A stretch of 64,000 nucleotides of DNA. Source: Candidatus Cloacimonadales bacterium. Its GTDB lineage: Bacteria; Cloacimonadota; Cloacimonadia; Cloacimonadales; JAFGVF01. Location of the stretch: positions 2,560,001 to 2,624,000 of the forward strand of contig CAXXJV010000001.1 in the NCBI GenBank assembly GCA_963663475.2, given 5' to 3'. This document shows, piece after piece, positions 38,532-47,532 of the stretch (positions within the stretch are counted from its first letter, which is position 1; each line of letters begins with the position of its first letter). The position numbers and the translations under genes are program-made. The notes below the pieces were generated by a model, which saw nothing but the letters and a program-made list of their open reading frames with translations, made no database searches and was not told the DNA's origin.

Positions 38532-41500
38532 CTATTTCATGAGAATCATTTTCTCAGTGAAACTTTTTTCTTTCGTTTCCATTTTGCAGAAATAAAGTCC
38601 TGAAGCAACTCTCTGTTCATTTGAGTTTGTACCATCCCATACTATTTTATGATTCCCAGCTTCATATTTACCATTAATAAGAGTCTTAACTAATTGACCT
38701 TTGAGGTTATATACGCGAATGTTCACTTGGCTATTTTCCTTTAGGTTAAACTCAATTGTCGTTTCAGGATTAAATGGATTAGGATAAATTGATCTAATCT
38801 CAGTGGTTACAGGTAGAGCATTACTTTGTTGGTCATCCTTGGATGTTAAATCAAAGAATACAATTTCATCCTCAACCTTATGATTAATTTGCCTTACATA
38901 ATTATCTATAACTGAATCATAAACTCTGTAGTCTGCAAATCTCTTAACACTTTTACTGTCATTATAATCATGCATAACAAAGGAGATAGTATCATTTTCT
39001 GTTAATGCTAAAGAATCCAAGTAAGCAAAAACAGTAACAACTGAATCTGCTATTATACCAGCACCTTTGCATTGACCATTAATATAAACACCTAATTCTC
39101 CAGAAGGCTCAGAAGATTTATCAGGAGTGAAATCTGCTATTTTAACTTGTAATGGTAGATAATTCTCTTTTTCTTGGTAAGTAAAAGTAAATGGTTTAGT
39201 ACTTTTAACTTTGGGAACTACAGTAAGTCCATCACTCCAGTTAAACTCAATTTGCTCACTTTCTCCACAATAAACGACATCTACTGCTTCACCCAGATCT
39301 AGGGATGGTTTTTTCCCAGTATGAGAGATTAAATGCCAACCTAAATCATTTGTAGATCCCTTAGGGCTCTGAGGATATCCATAATAGATTGCCCAATCTT
39401 CACCCTTAACAGATTCTATCATACCAGAATCTAAAAGGTCCTGGAAAGCATCCATAGGATTACAGCTTTCCTCTTTGTAATAGCCTATTAAGTTAGATCC
39501 TGTTTGAGTAAATGGTAAACGAGATAAGATAATCTGATTACCACTTGGATAATGCAGAGGATGGCCAACAGGCTTACCAAAATGATCAATTTTATAATCA
39601 TTTACAAACGCTCTTATCTTAAAGCCTTTTTGTCCGAAAACTGGAGTGTTAGCCTGAGAACCGTATTGATTAGTATAGTTATGTTCAATCAAGTTCACTT
39701 GTGCACCTTCAAGGTAGTGAGTCAGTTCATATCGACTTGGATCATCTAAAGTATAAGGGAAGCAAATCCAACGAACTTGATCGGCAGGAAGAACATGACC
39801 CCAGCCATCCATATCTGCAGGGATTGCTCCAATTTCAGGTCTAGTACCAAAAACATCCTGATCGTCTTTATCTTCAAACCACCATGCACCATCACCGTCT
39901 AAATCTCTAACTCCTGCTTCAATACAAGGAGATTGTTGTGTCAATGTCCAGATTGGGCGATAATTAGTGTCTAAGAGAGGGTCTACAATTTCATATCCTG
40001 AGGACATAGAAACAGGGTTAGAAGAAGCGTAACCATAAATTATACAATTAGATAATTCGCCTTGTGTGCCATTATAACATCCTACTGCATAATTTACATT
40101 TTCCTTTGTTAGAAAAATATCATTAATGCAACTAATTTGGGAATTATCATAACATAAAATACTCCTACCACTATAATTATTGATATAAGTATTGTTCAAG
40201 GAAGATAATTCAGAATTCCCAGATAAAGACAAGAGAGCATCAGGACTCATAAATGTACTATTATCTACAAATTCATCAAATATATTATGATTAAGGTTCA
40301 GATTTGTTTCATGAATATAGATTGATGATGCTTTGTAAATACCGTTATATACAATATTTTCACTATCAATATAGTTATCTATAAATGTAGAATTCTCTAT
40401 TGTTAGCTCAGGTATTCCCTTAACAAAAATCGCTCCTCCAACTTTAGCGTGGTTATCACTAAAGGTGCAATTATCTATTGTTACAGCATTTTCTAATGTG
40501 TTTCCACCATTAATATATATTGCTCCACCAACCCCTATGATTGAATCTGTATTCAGATAAGCTAAATCATAGTCGTCATAGTAAGTAGCAGTATTACTAT
40601 TATTAGTAAATGAGCAATTTGTTATTGAAATTAAATTATTTTCTATGAAATTATCAATTTTAATTCCAGATTTATTGTTTTCAAACACACAATTGTCAAT
40701 TGATACATCAACTTGGTTAACAGTTGGAGAAAAACATTCTACTGTTATTAAAATTGGAACATTATTGATATCATTGAATGAAGAGTTTTTTAGGGTAAGA
40801 TTAACTTCCCCCCCTAATGTTAATTCCAACTCTGACTCATTTTGATCGAAATTAAAATTTCTTAAGGTGTATATACCATTAACAAAAGCCATATAGAGTT
40901 TCTTATGGCTTCGCCCCCTTCCATCTATTGTGACATTAAGAGGATTACTATGTGCCCATGTAAAGAATATATTATCTTCCTCTATATCATGTTGAACAAT
41001 AATATAAGAATTAATTGCTTCTGTTGTAGGATTTAGTTCATAATATTCATTTAAATATTCAAGAGCATCATCTACACTATGAAAAAGTGAAGGGTCATTA
41101 CTATCTCTGTTAACAAATAGAATGGTTTGATCGCTTAGTTGCATATAAGAACATATTTCTATAGTTGAATTATTTCCTAAATCTATATCTCCCAACGAAA
41201 CAAGGTAAGTTCTGGTAGGGATGTCTGACCTACTAAATTCTATCTTCAGCTTTTGCCCTAAATCTAAAATCATATCATTAATACTGTATACGCCATTAAT
41301 ATCAGTTACTGTTTCTGATAAAATATTTTCGTTAAAGTCTTTTAGTTTTACAACAACATTGTCCAGTAGACCTAAATTGCTTAGTGCCTGTCCTTCAAAG
41401 TTAACTTTCCACTTGTTTTCAACAAACATTGATACAACATCATTATAATACTGCATATTGCCATGAGATTGAATGCTATTATCAAACAATATATAGCTAC

Positions 41501-43202
41501 CTCTACTTCTATTTGTCATTGATTGGGTAATAACCTGATGTGGAGTATATATAAACTCATCATTTGTATCTTCAATATCAAGACTAGAGTAGGTAGGCAT
41601 AAAACAAGATTTATGACCAATAATATGATCAATAGTATATTTAACATGAGCAAGACCTTGTTGTCCTATCCAATCGCTTGTGTACGGTGAAACTTCCCAA
41701 GAAAAATATGAACCAGGATAATAATCCATATCAACATCAGTTTCGGTAATCATTTCTGTAGCCCATGTATTACCCATTAAAACCCCACTACCTTCAAACT
41801 CAATTTCTAGATCTGAATAAACCCCCGAAATATCAATTTCTGAAGTGCTACCTAATGATAACAAGGCACATGTTATATTATTATTATTGGGATAGCCTGG
41901 TTTTTCTTTATCACTATTTAAAAGAGGTGGTAAATCATTACCATACAATTGATTGTAAAGAAATCTATCTGAGGGGTTTAAGTATGAGTAAAAATACAAT
42001 GACTCTTTGGTCCCATAAGTGCTTGGGTATAATCCTCCATTATCATTAATGCTATTTGAATGAATCCCCCATATATTGTTTCTAACCATTTGCAATGCTG
42101 AAGGACTAATACTCCCAATAAAGGTGTTATAGGCATTTCTTTTTTCACTTAATGATGCTAGCATAACTTTTTCTTCGACCATGTTCTGAAATGGCATACC
42201 TATTGTGTTTAACAAATTCGAAGCTACATCCTCAGGGAGATCATCAATCATATCATAAATGTGTTTTAAATCCATTTGGAGATTTTTATTTAATAGTGCC
42301 CCTCGATGAGGTGAGTCTAAAGTTAATAATTTATCCACATTGTGACCGAGCGAGACATCTTCTAACCAAGCTAATGCAAAACGTCCTAATACACCACCCA
42401 TTGATGTACCAATTACAATAAAAGGTTCTTCTTGAAAATTATCAATAAATTTAATAGCTTTCGCTGTAGCCATTGATAAAATCCGCAAATCTGCTTTAGG
42501 ATTTGTAAAATTTAAATACCAAATATTCCCATCTATCTCATTTAAATCAAAATTATCAAATGCATATCCTGGATTATATTTATATACTGGATCCCAACCT
42601 TCAATAATAAGAACATTATTGCTAAATCCTCGATCTAAAAAATGAAGACTTGAATAATTATTTTCCCAGTGGTCTATATCAAATAATTCATCCACTATAG
42701 TAACAGTATTATAGTAAACACCTTCGACATCACCACTTAAATTATACACAGTCAATTCTTGTTCGTACTGACCTGCAGCAGAATAAGAATGGGATTTACT
42801 AAAGTTCATGTTACTTTCATTAGTTGATGTATCATCTCCCCAATCAATATCCCAAAGATATATTGCAGGAGCTAGTCCGATATTATAGTACATACAATGA
42901 GCATAAAATGGTGTATTATAATAACCTATTTGCCAATTTTCTGGATCATTAGTATTCTCATCTGTTGAATAGACTCTCCAACCATCATATTTGGTAGAAT
43001 TATTTGCATTATACTGTACTTCATTATAACCTAGTGAGTAATAATAATCAGATAGATTTAATGGTGCAGATAAACTACTAGTATCACTTCTAAACAATTG
43101 TTCATTAACACCATGTTCAAGAAAAGGATTATAGCCTGGTAAAATCTGAGCTAAAGCCAATATTGGGAATAAAGCAATTAGTAAAAAAAAGGTTTTTTTC
43201 AT
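38532..43202 (-). CDS. Giant secreted multidomain protein: PKD + alpha/beta hydrolase + beta-helix + FlgD-Ig CTD
   Basis: Signal peptide; WDIDWGDD..HSYSAAGQY PKD; IIEGWDP, GTSMGG, LDSPHRGA lipase/PGAP1-like; GGAI/FxNN repeats; SPCIEAG; SIYPNPFNPETTI CTD. Confidence 0.8.
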   Translation of the reverse strand: MKKTFFLLIALFPILALAQILPGYNPFLEHGVNEQLFRSDTSSLSAPLNLSDYYYSLGYNEVQYNANNSTKYDGWRVYSTDENTNDPENWQIGYYNTPFYAHCMYYNIGLAPAIYLWDIDWGDDTSTNESNMNFSKSHSYSAAGQYEQELTVYNLSGDVEGVYYNTVTIVDELFDIDHWENNYSSLHFLDRGFSNNVLIIEGWDPVYKYNPGYAFDNFDLNEIDGNIWYLNFTNPKADLRILSMATAKAIKFIDNFQEEPFIVIGTSMGGVLGRFALAWLEDVSLGHNVDKLLTLDSPHRGALLNKNLQMDLKHIYDMIDDLPEDVASNLLNTIGMPFQNMVEEKVMLASLSEKRNAYNTFIGSISPSALQMVRNNIWGIHSNSINDNGGLYPSTYGTKESLYFYSYLNPSDRFLYNQLYGNDLPPLLNSDKEKPGYPNNNNITCALLSLGSTSEIDISGVYSDLEIEFEGSGVLMGNTWATEMITETDVDMDYYPGSYFSWEVSPYTSDWIGQQGLAHVKYTIDHIIGHKSCFMPTYSSLDIEDTNDEFIYTPHQVITQSMTNRSRGSYILFDNSIQSHGNMQYYNDVVSMFVENKWKVNFEGQALSNLGLLDNVVVKLKDFNENILSETVTDINGVYSINDMILDLGQKLKIEFSRSDIPTRTYLVSLGDIDLGNNSTIEICSYMQLSDQTILFVNRDSNDPSLFHSVDDALEYLNEYYELNPTTEAINSYIIVQHDIEEDNIFFTWAHSNPLNVTIDGRGRSHKKLYMAFVNGIYTLRNFNFDQNESELELTLGGEVNLTLKNSSFNDINNVPILITVECFSPTVNQVDVSIDNCVFENNKSGIKIDNFIENNLISITNCSFTNNSNTATYYDDYDLAYLNTDSIIGVGGAIYINGGNTLENAVTIDNCTFSDNHAKVGGAIFVKGIPELTIENSTFIDNYIDSENIVYNGIYKASSIYIHETNLNLNHNIFDEFVDNSTFMSPDALLSLSGNSELSSLNNTYINNYSGRSILCYDNSQISCINDIFLTKENVNYAVGCYNGTQGELSNCIIYGYASSNPVSMSSGYEIVDPLLDTNYRPIWTLTQQSPCIEAGVRDLDGDGAWWFEDKDDQDVFGTRPEIGAIPADMDGWGHVLPADQVRWICFPYTLDDPSRYELTHYLEGAQVNLIEHNYTNQYGSQANTPVFGQKGFKIRAFVNDYKIDHFGKPVGHPLHYPSGNQIILSRLPFTQTGSNLIGYYKEESCNPMDAFQDLLDSGMIESVKGEDWAIYYGYPQSPKGSTNDLGWHLISHTGKKPSLDLGEAVDVVYCGESEQIEFNWSDGLTVVPKVKSTKPFTFTYQEKENYLPLQVKIADFTPDKSSEPSGELGVYINGQCKGAGIIADSVVTVFAYLDSLALTENDTISFVMHDYNDSKSVKRFADYRVYDSVIDNYVRQINHKVEDEIVFFDLTSKDDQQSNALPVTTEIRSIYPNPFNPETTIEFNLKENSQVNIRVYNLKGQLVKTLINGKYEAGNHKIVWDGTNSNEQRVASGLYFCKMETKEKSFTEKMILMK

Positions 43203-43399
43203 TATGGTTCCTTTGCTAAATAAGATTAAGTTTACTTTTTCACTTAATAATCAACCATACTTCAATGATTGATATGATATTTACATTCTGTTTGATTAAT
43301 TTAATATCTCAAACAATCACACCTACAACTTTTACATGTTAATTTTTCTTTCCAATAATCTGTTTTATGTTTTTTCTCTTAGATTATCATGAAATAGCA

Positions 43400-43603
43400 T
43401 TATTGTTCATCATCTACATAGAATACCTCCCCATCAATAATTACGAGAATTATATCACCATTTTCATTTCTTAAAACAACTTGATAATCAACATTTTCAA
43501 TTTCCGCTAACGTTAAATGTCTATATTCTGTAAATTCTCCTTGACTTGAATATACAGATGTACAAAAAATGACAATTGTAAGAAATAACACGATTTTTTT
43601 CAT
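43400..43603 (-). CDS. Small secreted protein (67 aa)
   Basis: MKKIVLFLTIVIFCTSVYS signal peptide, GGGAG RBS, acidic beta-rich mature part; divergent from the sigma gene. Confidence 0.7.
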   Translation of the reverse strand: MKKIVLFLTIVIFCTSVYSSQGEFTEYRHLTLAEIENVDYQVVLRNENGDIILVIIDGEVFYVDDEQ

Positions 43604-43635
43604 TATGTGACTCCCAAATAAATTATTATATATAT

Positions 43636-43676
43636 TAGAGTCAAAAAACATGTTATTTTCGTTGAAAATCTTATAT
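43636..43676 (-). promoter_or_regulatory. Conserved motif in the divergent spacer (candidate ECF promoter), copy 1
   Basis: GAGTCAAAAA..TTATTTTCGTTGAAAATCTTATA aligns with GAGTCAGAAA..TTATCTCATTGAAAATCTCATA at 52870-52907. Confidence 0.5.
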
Positions 43677-43713
43677 ATATATGAGTTACATAATATTACA
43701 AAGGTGCAGTTAA

Positions 43714-44664
43714 ATGAATTTTAATTATGACAAAGTATTAGATTATTCTTTAAAAGTTGCATATAAATACATTAACGATAAAGACAAAGCTCATGATATT
43801 GCTCAGCTAACAGCTATCCAATTATTTGTTAATAGTGACAAGATTGATCCTGAAAAGTTAGACAATTGGTTATATACAGTAACTAAAAACTTCTGTTTTA
43901 AACAATTCAAGATATCTCAGAAAAGTAAGGAATTAATATTTGAACCTTCTTTTTTAGAGAATATCGATATTGATGATTTAGAAAAGGATGAGTACAAATT
44001 TGATTTTTATTCTTATGACTTCATCAAAAATCCTGACCAAAAATTATTACACAAATACTATAACGAACATTATGAGATTAGTCAGTTAGCCCAAGCTTAT
44101 AAGATAAAAAAGAAGAAGTTAAAAAATAAAATATATAACTTAACTCAGGAAATCATCTTATTCAAGAAGATGCACGATCATGTTTTTATTAGTTCAATTT
44201 CAGGAACAAAACTCCATAATGGTATCTATTATTTTCTAAGAAAATTTATCAAGGCCTTAAATGAAAATAAATTAGTTGAATTTTCTAAATCACTTTCTGA
44301 TTGTAAAATAAATGACATTATCAATGATATTCATATTAAAACTCTAAAAAAAATCACTATTGACTTTTGTTCAGAAGAATACTATAAAGGAATAATATTT
44401 TACAGAAATTTTGCTAATGAAATAAAAGTATTTATTTTAAAATTTCAATTAGAGAATGATGCGAAAATTAAGTTAGTTGAATTCCCTATCCTTCCAAAGT
44501 ATGTTGTTTCTCACTCAGCTAATGATATTCCAGAAGAGTTGAAGAGTGCCCAAAAAGTAAATAAGAAAGGTAAAACATCAGTAGATAGACAATTGTTCAA
44601 AGATTTAGTTAAGCTGAATAAAATTAAAATTGTTCAAGATATAGAGGGCATTTTCAAAGATTAA
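43714..44664 (+). CDS. ECF-type sigma-70 factor with long C-terminal extension, copy 1
   Basis: Region 2 AHDIAQLTAIQL...DNWLYTVTKNFC, region-4-like YEISQLAQAYKI...KNKIYNL, ~160 aa extension. Confidence 0.7.
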   Translation: MNFNYDKVLDYSLKVAYKYINDKDKAHDIAQLTAIQLFVNSDKIDPEKLDNWLYTVTKNFCFKQFKISQKSKELIFEPSFLENIDIDDLEKDEYKFDFYSYDFIKNPDQKLLHKYYNEHYEISQLAQAYKIKKKKLKNKIYNLTQEIILFKKMHDHVFISSISGTKLHNGIYYFLRKFIKALNENKLVEFSKSLSDCKINDIINDIHIKTLKKITIDFCSEEYYKGIIFYRNFANEIKVFILKFQLENDAKIKLVEFPILPKYVVSHSANDIPEELKSAQKVNKKGKTSVDRQLFKDLVKLNKIKIVQDIEGIFKD

Positions 44665-44760
44665 CACCAACTCTTTTCATCTTTTTTTTGTTGCTTTTAA
44701 TTAAATTGATAAATATTTACTTTAGAGTTGTAGAACAAAATTATTTATCAAGTTGTTAAC

Positions 44761-44847
44761 CTAACCTAATCCTGTTTCTAAGACTGTAGCACTAATACTA
44801 ATACTGATAATTAGCAATATTATTATTAATATATTAAGTTTATACAT
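44761..44847 (-). pseudogene. 5' stub of a sixth beta-helix paralog
   Basis: Translates MYKLNILIIILLIISISISATVLETGLG* and carries the same upstream spacer and RBS as P1/P3/P4. Confidence 0.85.
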
Positions 44848-44956
44848 AAAGTATCCTAGTTCAGAATCATTTTTCATTTTTATCTTTTCATTTTCCTGCG
44901 AGGGCTAATATTGATTAGCCCCTACATTATTGTAATTCGTGAAATTAGTGGATAGA

Positions 44957-47413
44957 TTACTTCATCACACAACATTTAGTTATAACAGAATGCCCTTGTC
45001 TATCATCAGCTTTAATAAAATAAATACCGCTCGAAACATTTTTCCCTCTATTATTCTTTAGATCCCAGTGTAAACTATAGGTTGGATTATCAACTTTTAA
45101 ATTATTATAAAAACTCTGACCTACTCTTAAATCTCTTACTTTCTGGCCTTTTATGTTATACACTCCCACCTTGATATTTTTTGCTTTAGCTCCCGGCAAA
45201 GTAAATTCTATAGTGGTTACTCCTTTTAAGCCACTATTCAGCTGAGCAGGATTAGGATAGATCATGATATTATTTTGCACTGCTTCTATTTCATGATTAG
45301 CATTATTAGCTACAGGACTTCCATATTCGAAACAACCTAAATCTACTGCTGAACCATAGACTCTTTCACAACCATTTAAATCCATAGCAGTCATATAAAA
45401 ACCTGTTGTATCAGGTATTCCTGCATCTATACAAGGTGAGTCTTCAGCTAAGAAATAAGATGACCATAAGCTTTCATCACCTCCTACAAAACCAGGATCT
45501 TCATCAAGCATATTATCTCCCCAATTTAGAATCCATTCCTCATCATAATCTGTTACTAATGCATCTATACCACCTCTTACTAAAGAGTAATCTATATCAA
45601 GAGCTGAGATACCAGGTGTTGGTACTTCAGCTGGGTCCATCAGATAGATTTCGCAAGGGCTATTAGGATTATCAAAAATTGAATTCCTTATTTTAACATC
45701 CCCTCTAATACCCAATATTGGCCAGTTATTTGTATTATTCACTAATGTCATATTATTAACTTTCATTTGGGGTAAGTGTTCTCCTATAAAACCAATTGTT
45801 GTGAAATTCCAATCTAAAGGAGTATAAGAACAATTTGCTACTAATAGATTATTAACTGTTGCAAAATCATTACTTTCATTTTCACTTGCATCACTACCAT
45901 ACTGAAAAGCTCTTCCTCCAGGAATAACAGAGTTAGTTACTGCAATATTTGAGATTCTATAACTGCCTTTATCAAAAGCTATTGGTATAGAGCCAGGCTG
46001 ACCCTCTACCTCCATTGTAACATTAAGACTATCGGCCCAGACATTATGTACCACTCCTTGAGAAGCTGCTATTATAAATCCATGATAGTTATAATTATTT
46101 AAAATGATATCTTCAAGCAATATGTTACTTGAGTAAAAGATAACAAAGACACCATCAGTATGGATATTCTCAACATTAAGATCTTTCATTTCTAAACTCT
46201 CAACATTGTTTGCCCTTACAATCCCAGCCCATCCTGCTCTTGAATATAAGTTCTTACAGCTAAAACCTGATATTGAAATATCACTGTTATCTTCAAGATA
46301 GAAAAAATTACAAATCTGATTTTCTCCGTCTAAGATTGTATCAACTGAGCCAGCTCCGACAAGTTTGGTCCCGCTATCCATACTGATAGGAAATATCTCT
46401 CCAGTGGTATCAGGAGAGTATAATCCTGGAGCTACATGAACAATATTATAATCTCCATTTCCACGAGCTTTTAATAATGAGCTTGCTTTAGAAATTGTCT
46501 TTAGTGCTTGAGCTGGACTCAAGCCTGAGTTATTATCATTGCCAGTAGGAGAAACATATAAATCAGCTTCGATGCGTTCATAAGCTGTTTCATTGTAAGT
46601 AATCTCTCCATCCCATTCTATTACATCTGAAACATAATAGTAGTGAGAGAAATCATCTTCAGGAGCTACTGATATTTTATCAAAATAGAGTCCGTTTAAA
46701 TAAGCAGGATTACTATTTACAGGTTCAATATAAACATCTCTGCCCTTACCAGCACTGTTATTATAAACAGAATTAGGATATGTTTCAGATAATTCTAATT
46801 GGTAATCTATTCCCACACTATAGATACCACCACCAGTACGACCTCCGTTATTATTATAGATTTCACACGCTTTAATACATATGTTTGATTCAAAAATTGC
46901 GATTCCACCTCCTGTTGAAGATGTATTATTAAAAATCTTGCAATATTCGACTGAAGAGAACTCAGAATCAAGGTAGCTATAACCTAGAATATTAATTCCT
47001 CCTCCCTTATAATTTCTACCCTCATTTTCATTAAAATGGTCAGTAAGAGTATTGCCACCAGTTATTGAAAGTCCATATATTTTGATATATTTAAGTTCAG
47101 GGACATATCTATTATGATAAATCTTAAGAACAGTATCCTCATTATTCCCGTCAATGATAGTTGAGTCTATATAAGCTTCATCACCTGTTGTTAGAAATAA
47201 AGACCCTAAGGTAAGACTTTTCTCTAAAACTTCAACATTTTCAATATACCTTCCTGGGTGAACTAAAACTGTGTCATAATCTACTGCTGCATCTACGGCA
47301 GATTGGATGGTGTTGTAAGTAAAATCTTGGCCTAGTCCTACTTCTAATACTGTAGCTGTAATATTAATGCTGGCTATAAGCAATATTATAATTAATATAT
47401 TAAGTTTATACAT
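44957..47413 (-). CDS. Secreted beta-helix/DUF1565 protein with FlgD-Ig CTD, paralog P3
   Basis: Same architecture as P1. Confidence 0.85.
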   Translation of the reverse strand: MYKLNILIIILLIASINITATVLEVGLGQDFTYNTIQSAVDAAVDYDTVLVHPGRYIENVEVLEKSLTLGSLFLTTGDEAYIDSTIIDGNNEDTVLKIYHNRYVPELKYIKIYGLSITGGNTLTDHFNENEGRNYKGGGINILGYSYLDSEFSSVEYCKIFNNTSSTGGGIAIFESNICIKACEIYNNNGGRTGGGIYSVGIDYQLELSETYPNSVYNNSAGKGRDVYIEPVNSNPAYLNGLYFDKISVAPEDDFSHYYYVSDVIEWDGEITYNETAYERIEADLYVSPTGNDNNSGLSPAQALKTISKASSLLKARGNGDYNIVHVAPGLYSPDTTGEIFPISMDSGTKLVGAGSVDTILDGENQICNFFYLEDNSDISISGFSCKNLYSRAGWAGIVRANNVESLEMKDLNVENIHTDGVFVIFYSSNILLEDIILNNYNYHGFIIAASQGVVHNVWADSLNVTMEVEGQPGSIPIAFDKGSYRISNIAVTNSVIPGGRAFQYGSDASENESNDFATVNNLLVANCSYTPLDWNFTTIGFIGEHLPQMKVNNMTLVNNTNNWPILGIRGDVKIRNSIFDNPNSPCEIYLMDPAEVPTPGISALDIDYSLVRGGIDALVTDYDEEWILNWGDNMLDEDPGFVGGDESLWSSYFLAEDSPCIDAGIPDTTGFYMTAMDLNGCERVYGSAVDLGCFEYGSPVANNANHEIEAVQNNIMIYPNPAQLNSGLKGVTTIEFTLPGAKAKNIKVGVYNIKGQKVRDLRVGQSFYNNLKVDNPTYSLHWDLKNNRGKNVSSGIYFIKADDRQGHSVITKCCVMK

Positions 47414-47532
47414 TAAGTCTCCTAGTTTAGAATCATTTTTAATTTTTATCTTTTCATTTCCCTGGGAGGGCTAATATTGATTAGCCCCCTACATTAGTGT
47501 AATTCGTGAAATTAGTGAAATTAGTGGATAGA

